A stretch of 64,000 nucleotides of DNA, from contig CAXXGI010000003.1 of the NCBI GenBank assembly GCA_963674695.2, positions 352,001 to 416,000 of the forward strand. The letters run 5' to 3'. Positions 11,134 to 20,435 of this stretch are shown one piece after another (within the stretch, counting starts at the first letter, position 1; each line of letters starts with the position of its first letter). The stretch is from a bacterium (lineage in GTDB: Bacteria > UBA10199 > 2-02-FULL-44-16 > JAAZCA01). A program made the position numbers and the translations under genes. The notes beneath the pieces were generated by a model. That model was not told where the DNA came from, did not search any database, and worked only from the letters and a program-made list of their open reading frames with translations.

Positions 11134-12429
11134 ATGTTCGGAAGAATGAGAGATTCGATGGTAATCGAGCGAGCCGGATTTCAGGATTCAACACAACCGC
11201 AACGGGTCGTCATCGTCGGCATTCGGCTCGGCCGGATGACGCGCTCTCAGATGGAGGCATCGCTTGCGGAACTCGCTCGCCTCATCGATACGGCGGGGGG
11301 GCAGGTGGTCGCCCGGGCTTCGCAGGAAATTCACCGGGTGGATGCCGCGACGTTCATCGGCAAGGGCAAGGTGGAGGAGATCGGGGCGCTGGCCGCTGAG
11401 CATGAAGCCGAGATTATCGTCGTCGATGGCGAACTCTCTCCGGTTCAGAATCGAAACCTCGAAACAAGCACGGGCCTGCTCGTCCTGGATCGCACCGCGG
11501 TTATCCTCGATATCTTTGCGCGACGCGCGCGCACGAGCGAGGGGAAGCTGCAGGTCGAGTTGGCGCAGTATGAGTATTTGTCGACGCGGCTGGTCGGTCG
11601 GGGCAAGACGTTTTCGCAGCAGGCGGGGCATATCGGTACGCGCGGTCCTGGTGAAACGGCCCTGGAATACGATCGACGGCGCATTCGTGAGCGGATCACG
11701 AAGCTCAAACGGAGCTTGAGTCACGTGCAGGCGCATCGCGAGATTCAACGCGCGAAGCGCGAAGCGGTGCCCCTACCGTTTGTCTCGCTCGTGGGCTATA
11801 CGAACGCGGGTAAATCGACGTTGATGAATGCGCTGACCCGTGCCGGTGTCTTTGTCGAGGACAAGCTCTTCGCGACGCTCGATCCCACGGTGCGACGCCT
11901 GCGCCTGCCCTCCGGGCGCGAGGTTTTGCTCGCCGATACGGTGGGGTTCATCCGGCGCTTGCCCCACCAGCTCATCGAGTCGTTCAAGTCGACTTTCGAG
12001 GAGGCGGCACATGCGCATCTGCTCGTGCACCTCATCGACGGCGCCGACGAGGACGCCGCCCAGCATGTCGAGGTGGTGGAGAAGGTCCTGGCTGAGCTCG
12101 GGCTGCACCAGAAGCCACGCCTCGATGTGATCAATAAGGCCGATCTCCCCGGGGCGATCTATCGCGGAGAGGCCGGGGCGATCGCGGTTTCGGCCAAAGG
12201 GGGATCGGGATTGAACGAGCTGCTCGGGCGCGTGGACGAGATCCTCCGCCTCGATTTTCACCGCACGGTCCTCAAACTGCCGCACAGTCGTGGAGAAGTG
12301 CTCTCACAGCTCTATCGCGTGGGATTCGTCATCAATGTTGTCTATGAAGAGACGGGAACACTTGTCGACTGTGAGCTGCACCGGAAGTTCTGGAAGAAGT
12401 ATCGGGAGTACGAGGTTTCTGCGGAGTAG
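11134..12429 (+). CDS. hflX: GTPase HflX
   Basis: ILDIFARRARTSEGKLQVELAQ, GPGET, GYTNAGKS, LFATLDPT, DTVGFI, NKAD. Exact start uncertain. Confidence 0.96.
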   Translation: MFGRMRDSMVIERAGFQDSTQPQRVVIVGIRLGRMTRSQMEASLAELARLIDTAGGQVVARASQEIHRVDAATFIGKGKVEEIGALAAEHEAEIIVVDGELSPVQNRNLETSTGLLVLDRTAVILDIFARRARTSEGKLQVELAQYEYLSTRLVGRGKTFSQQAGHIGTRGPGETALEYDRRRIRERITKLKRSLSHVQAHREIQRAKREAVPLPFVSLVGYTNAGKSTLMNALTRAGVFVEDKLFATLDPTVRRLRLPSGREVLLADTVGFIRRLPHQLIESFKSTFEEAAHAHLLVHLIDGADEDAAQHVEVVEKVLAELGLHQKPRLDVINKADLPGAIYRGEAGAIAVSAKGGSGLNELLGRVDEILRLDFHRTVLKLPHSRGEVLSQLYRVGFVINVVYEETGTLVDCELHRKFWKKYREYEVSAE

Positions 12430-12438
12430 GGTCCTGCC

Positions 12439-13200
12439 TTATGCATCCTTCGAACGGCGCCGACGGAGGATCGGCAGGAGTGTCAGGCCGAAGAGGATGA
12501 GCGCGATCGGGTTGGCCGTCGCTGTCGAGGAGAGGCTGCAACCGCCGCCGTCGGCCTGGGGTGTGGGGAGATCGTCATCATCGTCTCCAGCCGATGACAC
12601 GATGGGGATCGCTCCGTCGTCATCATCATCATCGTCGCCTACGATCACATCGTCATCATCATCGTCGCCTACGATAACGTCATCGTCGTCATCATCATCG
12701 CCGGTAGTTGAGCTTAAGTCGGGATTGAAGAGATGCGGGTTGGTGTTCCCGCCGAATACGACGATTTCGTCGGAGCTGCACGTTTCGTCGACATCGGCCT
12801 GCCCGAGCGGAAGCCAGGGGGATTCAAATGTTTCATCGCTGGGTACGTATTTTACGAACAGCATGACGAAATCATGTTCGACGTCGATCTTGTCGCGCTT
12901 ATCGGTCGATATGTTGCATGAGTAGTCGCGGCCTCCGGCCTTGGAACAGGAGATGCCGTCTTTGATCAGGAAGTGTCTCCCCGATTGTGTCAGAATATCG
13001 GCGTGCAGGCTGAAGTCCTCGGCGCCGAGGTCGGCTCCACAGTTATTGCCCTCGCACGAAAACTCGATTGCTATTTCGAGCGTGTCGCTAGCCGGACAGG
13101 TGATGCCGAGCTTGTAGTCCGCCGGATCCTCAGGAAGGCAGCCGGCGATCAGTGTCAGGGCGGCGACGATGCAGAAGATGTGCGCGAAACGATTGTTCAT
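12439..13200 (-). CDS. Cys-rich lipoprotein with Asp-rich repeat and MYXO-CTERM-like sorting signal
   Basis: Lipobox LIAGC; GDDDDDDVIV-type repeats; C-terminal GGGCSLS..ALILFGLTLLPILRRRR. Confidence 0.8.
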   Translation of the reverse strand: MNNRFAHIFCIVAALTLIAGCLPEDPADYKLGITCPASDTLEIAIEFSCEGNNCGADLGAEDFSLHADILTQSGRHFLIKDGISCSKAGGRDYSCNISTDKRDKIDVEHDFVMLFVKYVPSDETFESPWLPLGQADVDETCSSDEIVVFGGNTNPHLFNPDLSSTTGDDDDDDDVIVGDDDDDDVIVGDDDDDDDGAIPIVSSAGDDDDDLPTPQADGGGCSLSSTATANPIALILFGLTLLPILRRRRSKDA

Positions 13201-13311
13201 GGTATTCCTCCTCTATCCCTATTATCGGCAGACGAGACCTGCGGAGTTGATTCGATCGGGAAATAACTGTAGACTCCTGTCTTCAGCAAACAAACGATAT
13301 GAGGAGGGGTT

Positions 13312-13713
13312 ATGCGCAAAATCGGGTGGTTTGTGGGAGCGGTTCTGATCGTCAGCGTTTGCGGTGCGGCCGGGCTCTGTGCGGGTGAGAAGGGGGAGGT
13401 ACCGGCTCCGAAAGCGGCGGCTGTACAGGCGGTTCCGTTCGAACCCGCCTGGGCCTGGAAGAAGCTGGGGGCGAACGCGCAGCAGGCGTGGCTGGCGGCG
13501 AAGCAGGCGGGCAATATGGAGCAGCAGATGAACTGCTTCGTGCGGGTCGAAGAGCCCTATGACGATGGCGATCGCTCCTTCCTGATCAGCAAGGAATTTG
13601 TCGTCCGTGCCAACGCGGGTTCGATCGTGCGCGGATATATGAAGGCCTCTGCGGCACCGGCGGTGGCACAGCTCCCCTTCGTGCAGTCGATCAAGCTCTC
13701 CACAAAGGAGTGA
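13312..13713 (+). CDS. Exported hypothetical protein (possible protease propeptide/inhibitor-like fold)
   Basis: RBS GAGGAGG, signal peptide, C-terminal VAQLPFVQSIKLS. Confidence 0.65.
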   Translation: MRKIGWFVGAVLIVSVCGAAGLCAGEKGEVPAPKAAAVQAVPFEPAWAWKKLGANAQQAWLAAKQAGNMEQQMNCFVRVEEPYDDGDRSFLISKEFVVRANAGSIVRGYMKASAAPAVAQLPFVQSIKLSTKE

Positions 13714-13818
13714 GAAGGCGCGGACGCCATTCTCGATAAGACTGTCTGTTGACGGAAGGGGTTACATCTGACAGGTCTGACCGCCGCAGCGATGTTCCTG
13801 CGCAGGGAGGGAGCACCT

Positions 13819-14199
13819 ATGGCGGTCGACAAAATGGATGGATTGATGGGGCTCAAGGAGAGCCGTCCCACGTCATTCGAGGCGATTCAGGCACAGGATC
13901 GTTGTGGCCGGTACGATGAAGGCCAGCAGGTCTGCCGGATCGAAGATCACTTCACGGCTGAGGCGATCTGCAGCGAGGCGCTCGGCCGGATCATCTGCGG
14001 CGTCCGGGGCTCTTCGAGCGTCGTTCAAAAAAACGAAAACGAATCGTCGCTCTTGGAAAAGATCGGAATGGGGCTGATAACCATCGGCTTGTTTATTGTG
14101 ATCGGGCGATTCTTCATGACGGCCTGCACAGAGGCAGGAACGAACGGCATCTTCCCCGGATATCTCGATCCCCTCGGCCGAATTCCGAAACGAACATAG
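13819..14199 (+). CDS. Hypothetical protein with one C-terminal hydrophobic segment
   Basis: RBS GGAGGGAG before ATG 13819; IGMGLITIGLFIVIGRFFM segment. Confidence 0.55.
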   Translation: MAVDKMDGLMGLKESRPTSFEAIQAQDRCGRYDEGQQVCRIEDHFTAEAICSEALGRIICGVRGSSSVVQKNENESSLLEKIGMGLITIGLFIVIGRFFMTACTEAGTNGIFPGYLDPLGRIPKRT

Positions 14200-14206
14200 A
14201 AAATGT

Positions 14207-15040
14207 TTATGGAATCTTTGCGGCCAGAACGACGCGCCATGTGGTTCCCTGCACATCGATGGTGTTCCATCGCGCGCGGTGTTCCGTGGAGAAGCCGTGT
14301 GTGGCTGCGGTGCCCAGAGTCTGGTAGGTCCCGGTTCCGGAGTGATTCTTGACGATCCGCTTGCTCAGGGCGAGAAGATCGGTCATTTTCTGAAAGTAGG
14401 GGTCGGTCAGGAGGTTGCGACCGATGAGTTTCTTGTCACGGCCGTAGATGAGTTTTCCATCTTCCTGAATAATCCAACAAATGTAGAGCGTTCCCGATAG
14501 CTGTGGTCTGACGATCTGCTTGATATAACGCTCGGGTTTGAGCAAGAGGCTGACAGCGCCGATCCAGTTCTGTTTTGCATCGAAGATGGGCCACTGGTAG
14601 GCGATGGCGGGCATGCCCTCCTTGGCGAAGAAGACATGGCTCATCACCGGTTTTTTTGTCGCTTGAAGCCGTTGGAAGTGTTTCTGTCCGCCGATGTTGT
14701 GTCCCACCTCGCGTTTCCAGCTGATCGGTTCGACCGAGACCATGATTCCGTCGGCATCGATGAAGGCGCAATCGATGGCGAACTCCTTGTGGTTCGAACA
14801 GAGCTGGCTCAGTAGCCCTTTGGCTTCTTTTCCGGTGAGTCCCGTCTCTGAGGCGGCCAAAGCCGTGCGCTCGAGGTCCTCGCCCGTGGCATCGAATCCT
14901 CCCTGGAGGGCGGCGATGAGGACGGCGAGTTTCGCGGTATCGCGTTCTGTTTGAGTCGGCTTTCTCTTCGCCTGTGCAAGCGAAGGCAGCATCAACAGCA
15001 GTGCCAATGTGACGATGAGGGAGATGGCGGTTCGATGCAT
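14207..15040 (-). CDS. Periplasmic stand-alone dCache-domain protein
   Basis: Signal peptide; FIDADGIMV, KPVMSHVFFAKEG..IAYQWPIFD, WRVVL; paralog of the upstream gene. Confidence 0.8.
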   Translation of the reverse strand: MHRTAISLIVTLALLLMLPSLAQAKRKPTQTERDTAKLAVLIAALQGGFDATGEDLERTALAASETGLTGKEAKGLLSQLCSNHKEFAIDCAFIDADGIMVSVEPISWKREVGHNIGGQKHFQRLQATKKPVMSHVFFAKEGMPAIAYQWPIFDAKQNWIGAVSLLLKPERYIKQIVRPQLSGTLYICWIIQEDGKLIYGRDKKLIGRNLLTDPYFQKMTDLLALSKRIVKNHSGTGTYQTLGTAATHGFSTEHRARWNTIDVQGTTWRVVLAAKIP

Positions 15041-15053
15041 ATAAGACGTTCCT

Positions 15054-15890
15054 TTAGGAGCCCTTCGGGTTGTCATAGATCAACACGATACGCCAGTCGG
15101 TTCCGTGCAGGGTCGCTGTTGCCCAGAAACAGCGTTTGTTGACGACCTTTCCCGTGGTGGTGGAGGTAAAGGTGTAGGTTCCGTCACCAGCAGCATCTTT
15201 CGAAATCTGTTTTCCGATTGTCTGCAGATCCTTGAAGGGCTGATAGAGGGGATCGGTGAAAAGGTTGCGGCCGATCTCCTCGTCGTTGGGGTCGAAGAGG
15301 ATGAGCCCGCCGGTCTCCATGACCCACGCGTCGAGGGTGGAGGGATCGGTGTCGCCATAGATGAACTTCTTGATCAGCGGTGCCGGCTGGAAAAGCGCCC
15401 CGACCGAACCGATGAAGACGCCCTTCTGATCGTAGACCGGCCAGGCCAGATCGACGATAGGATTGCCTTCCTCCGTGCGCAGGATGTCGTTGAGAAACGG
15501 CTTATGATCGCGCAGCATCTGCAACATCATCGGTTGGGCCGAGAGATCCGCGCCTTCCCGATCGGCATACTGTTCCGGCACGATCGTGACCAACGTACCA
15601 TTCGCATCGATCGCTCCACAGGCGACGGCGACATCGGCATTCTTGCAGAGATCGGCAAGGATGGCGCGTGCCTCCGGACCGGAGAGTCCGGTGGTGGAGA
15701 GTTTTTCCGAAACCCCGGCGACAATTTGGTCGGCGGTGTTGAGCATGTTCTGTACCGATGCTCGCACGGCTTCGAGTTTTTGTTCAGCGGCTTTGACGTC
15801 GATGCCGGCGGGGACCTTCCGGGTGCAACCGAAGATTCCGGCGGCGAGGATGACGGCGGCAAACAGGGCCAGTGGGCGTGCGCTTCTCAT
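15054..15890 (-). CDS. Lipoprotein with stand-alone dCache domain
   Basis: Lipobox IFGC; IDANGTLV, GADLS, WPVYDQKGVFIGSV, EEIGRNLFTDPLY, WRIVL. Confidence 0.8.
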   Translation of the reverse strand: MRSARPLALFAAVILAAGIFGCTRKVPAGIDVKAAEQKLEAVRASVQNMLNTADQIVAGVSEKLSTTGLSGPEARAILADLCKNADVAVACGAIDANGTLVTIVPEQYADREGADLSAQPMMLQMLRDHKPFLNDILRTEEGNPIVDLAWPVYDQKGVFIGSVGALFQPAPLIKKFIYGDTDPSTLDAWVMETGGLILFDPNDEEIGRNLFTDPLYQPFKDLQTIGKQISKDAAGDGTYTFTSTTTGKVVNKRCFWATATLHGTDWRIVLIYDNPKGS

Positions 15891-16004
15891 GACAGCTCCT
15901 TTCCGAATTGAAGTGGGGAGAGAATAGACGATTTTCTGGAAAAGACAACCGTTCAGAGTGAGTTCATTGAAGTTGACGCACGAGATGGGGGAGACGGGCT
16001 GACA

Positions 16005-16679
16005 TTATCCGTCGTCATGCGATGTGAGGCGCGGGATGCCGTATTCGATCTGAATGAGTTCGATGAGCGGCGGATGAAAGACCTGTGCCGCATCGAGCTG
16101 GGCGGCTTGGCACTTGCCATCGCGAAGCTCATAGGGGTCATAGATCATGGAGCTGGCGACCTGCAGCTCGAGGGCGTTTGATTCGCTCATGCGCACGGGT
16201 CCACGAAAGTGATTCGTCGTGCTGCTCTCCTGGCCGGCCTTGAGGACCAGGAATGAAGGGAGTTTCACGTCCATTTCATCCCCGCGGTATTGGATGAGGA
16301 CCGCAACGGCCTTGGCCTCATACTCGTTCAGGCGTTCCGCATAGTGCGGATTGTGCGAGCGGTTGGCCCGGATACGCGTGACGACCGCGTTCTTGGGCAG
16401 ATCGATGCGGCAGCGATGCCAGGCCTTGTAATCGCAGTCGAGCCCGCCCTCGATCGCCTCGAAGGTGGACGGACAGGTGCCGACCGGAATCGAGAGGGTG
16501 TGCATCTCCGGTGCATCCACTGGAAAGAGGTCACTCTTGGAGGCGGCCTTCATGCCCGATGTTTTAAGCTGGACGCTCGGGCCCTCAGAGAGGCGGACGG
16601 TGGCGTCTGAACGACCACGCGCAAACGCCGATGGCATGGCCAGGATGAGGATGGTGGCGATCATGAGCAGCTCTTTCAT
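16005..16679 (-). CDS. Exported hypothetical protein
   Basis: RBS GAGGGGG and signal peptide MKELLMIATILILAMPSAFA. Confidence 0.65.
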   Translation of the reverse strand: MKELLMIATILILAMPSAFARGRSDATVRLSEGPSVQLKTSGMKAASKSDLFPVDAPEMHTLSIPVGTCPSTFEAIEGGLDCDYKAWHRCRIDLPKNAVVTRIRANRSHNPHYAERLNEYEAKAVAVLIQYRGDEMDVKLPSFLVLKAGQESSTTNHFRGPVRMSESNALELQVASSMIYDPYELRDGKCQAAQLDAAQVFHPPLIELIQIEYGIPRLTSHDDG

Positions 16680-16815
16680 GGTATCCCCCTCGTTCGGTAA
16701 GGGTACGACACCATATTCTGTGCATAAGATATGCCAGGGGAGGGTGGGTTATCCGACGCGAGGAGGAGGTGTACAAGGGGGTGGAGAATGGATTACAATG
16801 CTTCTTATGACACCG

Positions 16816-17250
16816 ATGCGTATGCTGTTTTTGGCCTGTTTCACCCTCTCCACGCTGATGGCCTGTTCCTCGCCCCCACCGCCCGTAGCGAGAGCGATCA
16901 CGAAGAAGGGTGCGATCGAGCAGGTGATCGCCCTTCCCGAAGTGACCAATCTCGTGGCGCTGATGGAGCACCAAGCCAAGACATTTCCGGTTGAGCCCAC
17001 CATCGGCGCACGGATGGTCGAAGAGGGTCCGATGCAAGGGACGTTCATGGTGAGCGTCGGGGAAAAACGCATCGGGCGGATCCTGATCCTGTATCGTTTC
17101 TTTGTGCGTCAATCTGACGGAGCGCTCTTCGTCGAGGATACGCGCGATGGTGGGACGTTGTCGCTGGCCGCGTGGCGGATGAAATACGAGCAACAGCTCA
17201 AAGAAGTAGAGGCCTCAGCACAGGCCCTGCAGCAGAAGAAATCGGAATAG
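16816..17250 (+). CDS. Hypothetical lipoprotein
   Basis: Lipobox LMAC followed by SSPPPP. Start uncertain (16788-16822). Confidence 0.6.
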   Translation: MRMLFLACFTLSTLMACSSPPPPVARAITKKGAIEQVIALPEVTNLVALMEHQAKTFPVEPTIGARMVEEGPMQGTFMVSVGEKRIGRILILYRFFVRQSDGALFVEDTRDGGTLSLAAWRMKYEQQLKEVEASAQALQQKKSE

Positions 17251-17275
17251 AACCGTTCGTCGTTCGCTGTATTTC

Positions 17276-18232
17276 TTACTTCGTGGGTCTGACGATATCG
17301 CCGCGGGCAAAACCCTGACCGTCGAGGATGGAGGCTTTGCTGTATTTCGGATGCGCTTTCACGATGCGGATTTTACCCGCCGGGGTCTCCTCAACGCCCA
17401 GGAGCGCGCCGGTCACCGGATCGGTGAGTTCTTCCCCGAGCGTAAAGACGTCGAATTCCTCGCCGTCGTAGACGCCGGCGTCCGAGCCTGCGTTGATATA
17501 GATGAAGTCGTTCGCGGTCTTTATGATGCGTCCCTCCCAGGAGACCTTATCCATATTGCGCACGATCCAACGCACACAGCGATCCATGGCGCGCGAGACC
17601 GTTTTGTCGAGCGTCTGACGAAGCGTTCCACCGGTTCCGCCGATGATTGGCCCGTACATGCCGCCCCCCACGAAGCCGAAGCTGGAGCGGCTCTTCATGC
17701 ACTGGTGCGAACCCTTGATGGCGAGCGTGGTCGTGTCGTACCAGCGCACGATCATGCTGACCTTGTCGGAGCTGACGCCGACACCGCCGGCACCAACGCC
17801 GCCGCCGATCGGTGCGCCCGCGCCTATGCCGATCGTGGAGCCCTTGCCCACGCCGGTGAGCACGCCGACGAAGAGCGCCTGGGCCGCGAGCGATTTTCCC
17901 GTTTCCGCTCCTTGGCCTGATGAACGCCCGGTCTGCTTGGCCGCCTGTTCGCGTTCCGCTGCGCGATCGAGCGTGAGGTCTTCGACCTTCCGGTCGCGCT
18001 CCACCACGATGAATTTTCCCGTGTTCACGAGTTTGTCGACGAGCAGATCGCCCATATTCATGGCGACATCCGGGCCTACCGTGACATCCTCGGTCTTAAA
18101 CCCCGTGACGGCGACGACCTTCTTCAGGTGTGTGGGCGTGAGCTTGGCATGTTTGCCCGCACATCCATATCCAGCAGACGCGATGGCGATGACGAGGATG
18201 ATGAGGGCAAGGGGGCGTATCGTTGAGGGCAT
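17276..18232 (-). CDS. CsgG/HfaB-family lipoprotein with FlgT-C-like domain
   Basis: VAVTGF, LVNTGKFIVVER; C-terminal IYINAGSDAGV..GEELTDPVTGALLG. Confidence 0.8.
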   Translation of the reverse strand: MPSTIRPLALIILVIAIASAGYGCAGKHAKLTPTHLKKVVAVTGFKTEDVTVGPDVAMNMGDLLVDKLVNTGKFIVVERDRKVEDLTLDRAAEREQAAKQTGRSSGQGAETGKSLAAQALFVGVLTGVGKGSTIGIGAGAPIGGGVGAGGVGVSSDKVSMIVRWYDTTTLAIKGSHQCMKSRSSFGFVGGGMYGPIIGGTGGTLRQTLDKTVSRAMDRCVRWIVRNMDKVSWEGRIIKTANDFIYINAGSDAGVYDGEEFDVFTLGEELTDPVTGALLGVEETPAGKIRIVKAHPKYSKASILDGQGFARGDIVRPTK

Positions 18233-18380
18233 AGATCCTCCGAAGCGTGTTCGCCAGCCCTATCATAGCCCAGGCGGGGTGACAAGCGCGTGATGATCCA
18301 ACCTCTGATTTTCGCTGGATGTTTCTCAAGGGATGCGCTAACGCATCCCCTCGACGTATCGGGCTGGGGGGAGAAGGCGG

Positions 18381-18869
18381 ATGAGACGATGCAAATGGAT
18401 GGCTCTCGTGGCGATGATGGCGTTGATCTCGGTCGCCTGTGCGAAGGGTGCTTCGAAGTGGACGCGACGAACGCATTGGCAGGATGAGGACCATCATTAT
18501 GTCGTCGGAAGCGCGCAGGGGGCAGCGACGGAAGCGGAGGGCTTGAGCGCCTCCTATGCGGATGCCATTGCCCGGAGTCGCTCGTTGCTCTTCGGGGTTC
18601 CGGTCCGCGATGTTGCTACAGTGGCAACGGGTTCCGAACGGTGTATCGAGATTGCCGATGGCCTCTTTGTCCCGATCGAAGAGATTCAGCTGCGCGCACT
18701 TCCTCAGGAGTCTTTCGTCGAGCGCGTTTCCCCGAAGGATGGGGGTGGATTCAACGTCTATCGCAGCGTTGTCGTACGCAAAATCGATGTGGCGCGTGAG
18801 ATCGAGCGCTTGCAAGAGTTGATGCACGTGCGCAAGGGGCGGATCTGTCGAGACCACGGACCGGAGTGA
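18381..18869 (+). CDS. Hypothetical lipoprotein (LPP20-like)
   Basis: Lipobox-like ISVAC; YVVGSAQG..ASYADAIAR. Confidence 0.55.
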   Translation: MRRCKWMALVAMMALISVACAKGASKWTRRTHWQDEDHHYVVGSAQGAATEAEGLSASYADAIARSRSLLFGVPVRDVATVATGSERCIEIADGLFVPIEEIQLRALPQESFVERVSPKDGGGFNVYRSVVVRKIDVAREIERLQELMHVRKGRICRDHGPE

Positions 18870-18884
18870 GGAAGGGAGCTGGGC

Positions 18885-19784
18885 ATGAAACGAATGTGTC
18901 TCATCGCGGTGCTGCTCTGTTGCTGTTGGGCCATGTCCGCTGCTGCCTCCGAGGTGATGGTCAGCGCTTCGAGCACCACCAGGACGGCGGCCGTCGAGGG
19001 TCTGTGTCGCCGTGCGGTGGAGCAGGCGGTGGAAAGCGTCATCGGCGACATGGCGACCCAGAAGAATCGAGACCGGCTCGATGCGTCGATGTATGGTTCC
19101 TGCAGCGAGTACATTACGGCCATGAAGATCTCCCAGGAGGAGAAGGACGAAGCCGGGACCTTCCAGTTGGCAGCGCGCGCGACCATCGATGATGTGCTCT
19201 TGCGCGACAAGCTCATCGCGCTGGGGTTGCTCGCGCCGGAGCGGGTGGCCACGGTAGCGGTTTTCGCCACGGAACGTTTTTTGGGCAACTGGGTCTACTC
19301 CTATTTCAACTCTATTTCTGATTCCGGCGGCGAGCCGAATGAATGTGAAGTGGCCCTGGGTTCGCAGCTGCGCGAGAGCGGTTTTTCTGAAGTCGATCTG
19401 GATTTTAGTGCCGACGAACGTCGCGCGGCTCGTTCCTTTCGGACGGTCTTCGGACGATATAAAGATCTGAGCGCATTGCCGAACGATACCGCCGTGCGCG
19501 CGGCGAAAATCGTCGATTCCGATGCCGTTGTGGTCGTGAGCTGCCGTGTGTTGGCCGATGTGGGCGATGGAAAGGACAGCGCCTTCATGTATAGCGCATG
19601 CGCAGAGGTTTCCTGCAAAGCGGTCGATACGGCGAGCAAGCGTCGTGTGAGCACCGCGTCCGCATCGAAGTGTGTTCCGCATGCCAACCGTACCACCGGC
19701 GGCATGGCGGCCATTCGAGCGGCCTGCAGTGAGATCGGAAAAAAGATGGGCAAGAAGCTGTCGGGGCGGTACATAAAACCATAA
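18885..19784 (+). CDS. Exported Cys-containing hypothetical protein (FlgT-N/CsgG-like assembly protein)
   Basis: Signal peptide; RRAVEQAV motif; CEVSCKAVDTAS-type strand. Confidence 0.6.
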   Translation: MKRMCLIAVLLCCCWAMSAAASEVMVSASSTTRTAAVEGLCRRAVEQAVESVIGDMATQKNRDRLDASMYGSCSEYITAMKISQEEKDEAGTFQLAARATIDDVLLRDKLIALGLLAPERVATVAVFATERFLGNWVYSYFNSISDSGGEPNECEVALGSQLRESGFSEVDLDFSADERRAARSFRTVFGRYKDLSALPNDTAVRAAKIVDSDAVVVVSCRVLADVGDGKDSAFMYSACAEVSCKAVDTASKRRVSTASASKCVPHANRTTGGMAAIRAACSEIGKKMGKKLSGRYIKP

Positions 19785-19815
19785 AACGTGTTGCGTTGGC
19801 CGTGGTTTCTCCTTT

Positions 19816-19850
19816 CGGGTCACGGGTTACGGGTCACGGGTCACGGATTG
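19816..19850 (+). repeat. Heptamer tandem repeat (CGGGT(C/T)A) x4
   Basis: cgggtca cgggtta cgggtca cgggtca cggatt directly upstream of the ATG at 19854. Confidence 0.8.
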
Positions 19851-19853
19851 CGA

Positions 19854-20435
19854 ATGGAACTGACACCCGCAAATCTATTAACGATGAGTCGATTGGTCCT
19901 CACACCGGTCTTTGCCATCCTGTTCCTGATGGGCATGAAGGGCTGGGCGCTGGGTACCTTCGCCGTGGCGGGGTTCACCGATCTCATCGACGGCACGGTG
20001 GCGCGGCTCACGGGGAAGCCCTCCAAGGGCGGTGCGTTGCTCGACCCGATCGCCGACAAACTGCTCGTCGAGACGAGCTTTGCGCTGCTCGTTTGGGCGG
20101 GGTTGTTGCCGCTCTGGTTTTTCCTCCTGGCGCTCGCGCGCGATCTGATGATCGTCGGCGGTATCATCTATCTTACCCGTGTGAAGGCGCCGCTTCCTTA
20201 CGGCGCTTCGCTCGTCTCGAAGTGTGCCACGCTTATGCAGCTTGCGGTCACGATTCTGGGCCTCATTCTCTGGAAACGCGTTGAACTCTATGAGGTGGGC
20301 GACGCGCTTCAAACCTGGTTCGAGGTGGCGGTGGTCGTGGCGGCATTGCTCATTCTCATCAGCGGCGTCCATTACACGCTGATGGGCCTGCGCATTCTGC
20401 GAACGAATAAGCAGCGGAAGGACGAGCGGGCATGA
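19854..20435 (+). CDS. CDP-alcohol phosphatidyltransferase (PgsA-like)
   Basis: PANLLTMSRL and TDLIDGTVAR...GALLDPIADK signature. Confidence 0.92.
   Translation: MELTPANLLTMSRLVLTPVFAILFLMGMKGWALGTFAVAGFTDLIDGTVARLTGKPSKGGALLDPIADKLLVETSFALLVWAGLLPLWFFLLALARDLMIVGGIIYLTRVKAPLPYGASLVSKCATLMQLAVTILGLILWKRVELYEVGDALQTWFEVAVVVAALLILISGVHYTLMGLRILRTNKQRKDERA

Noticed and set aside
13222-13250. Fifth copy of the CGCAAC-N16-CGATAA promoter
   Set aside because: The -10 is perfect (GCCGATAA) but the upstream element is TCAAC at a 2-nt longer spacing, so it was kept only as a weak variant.
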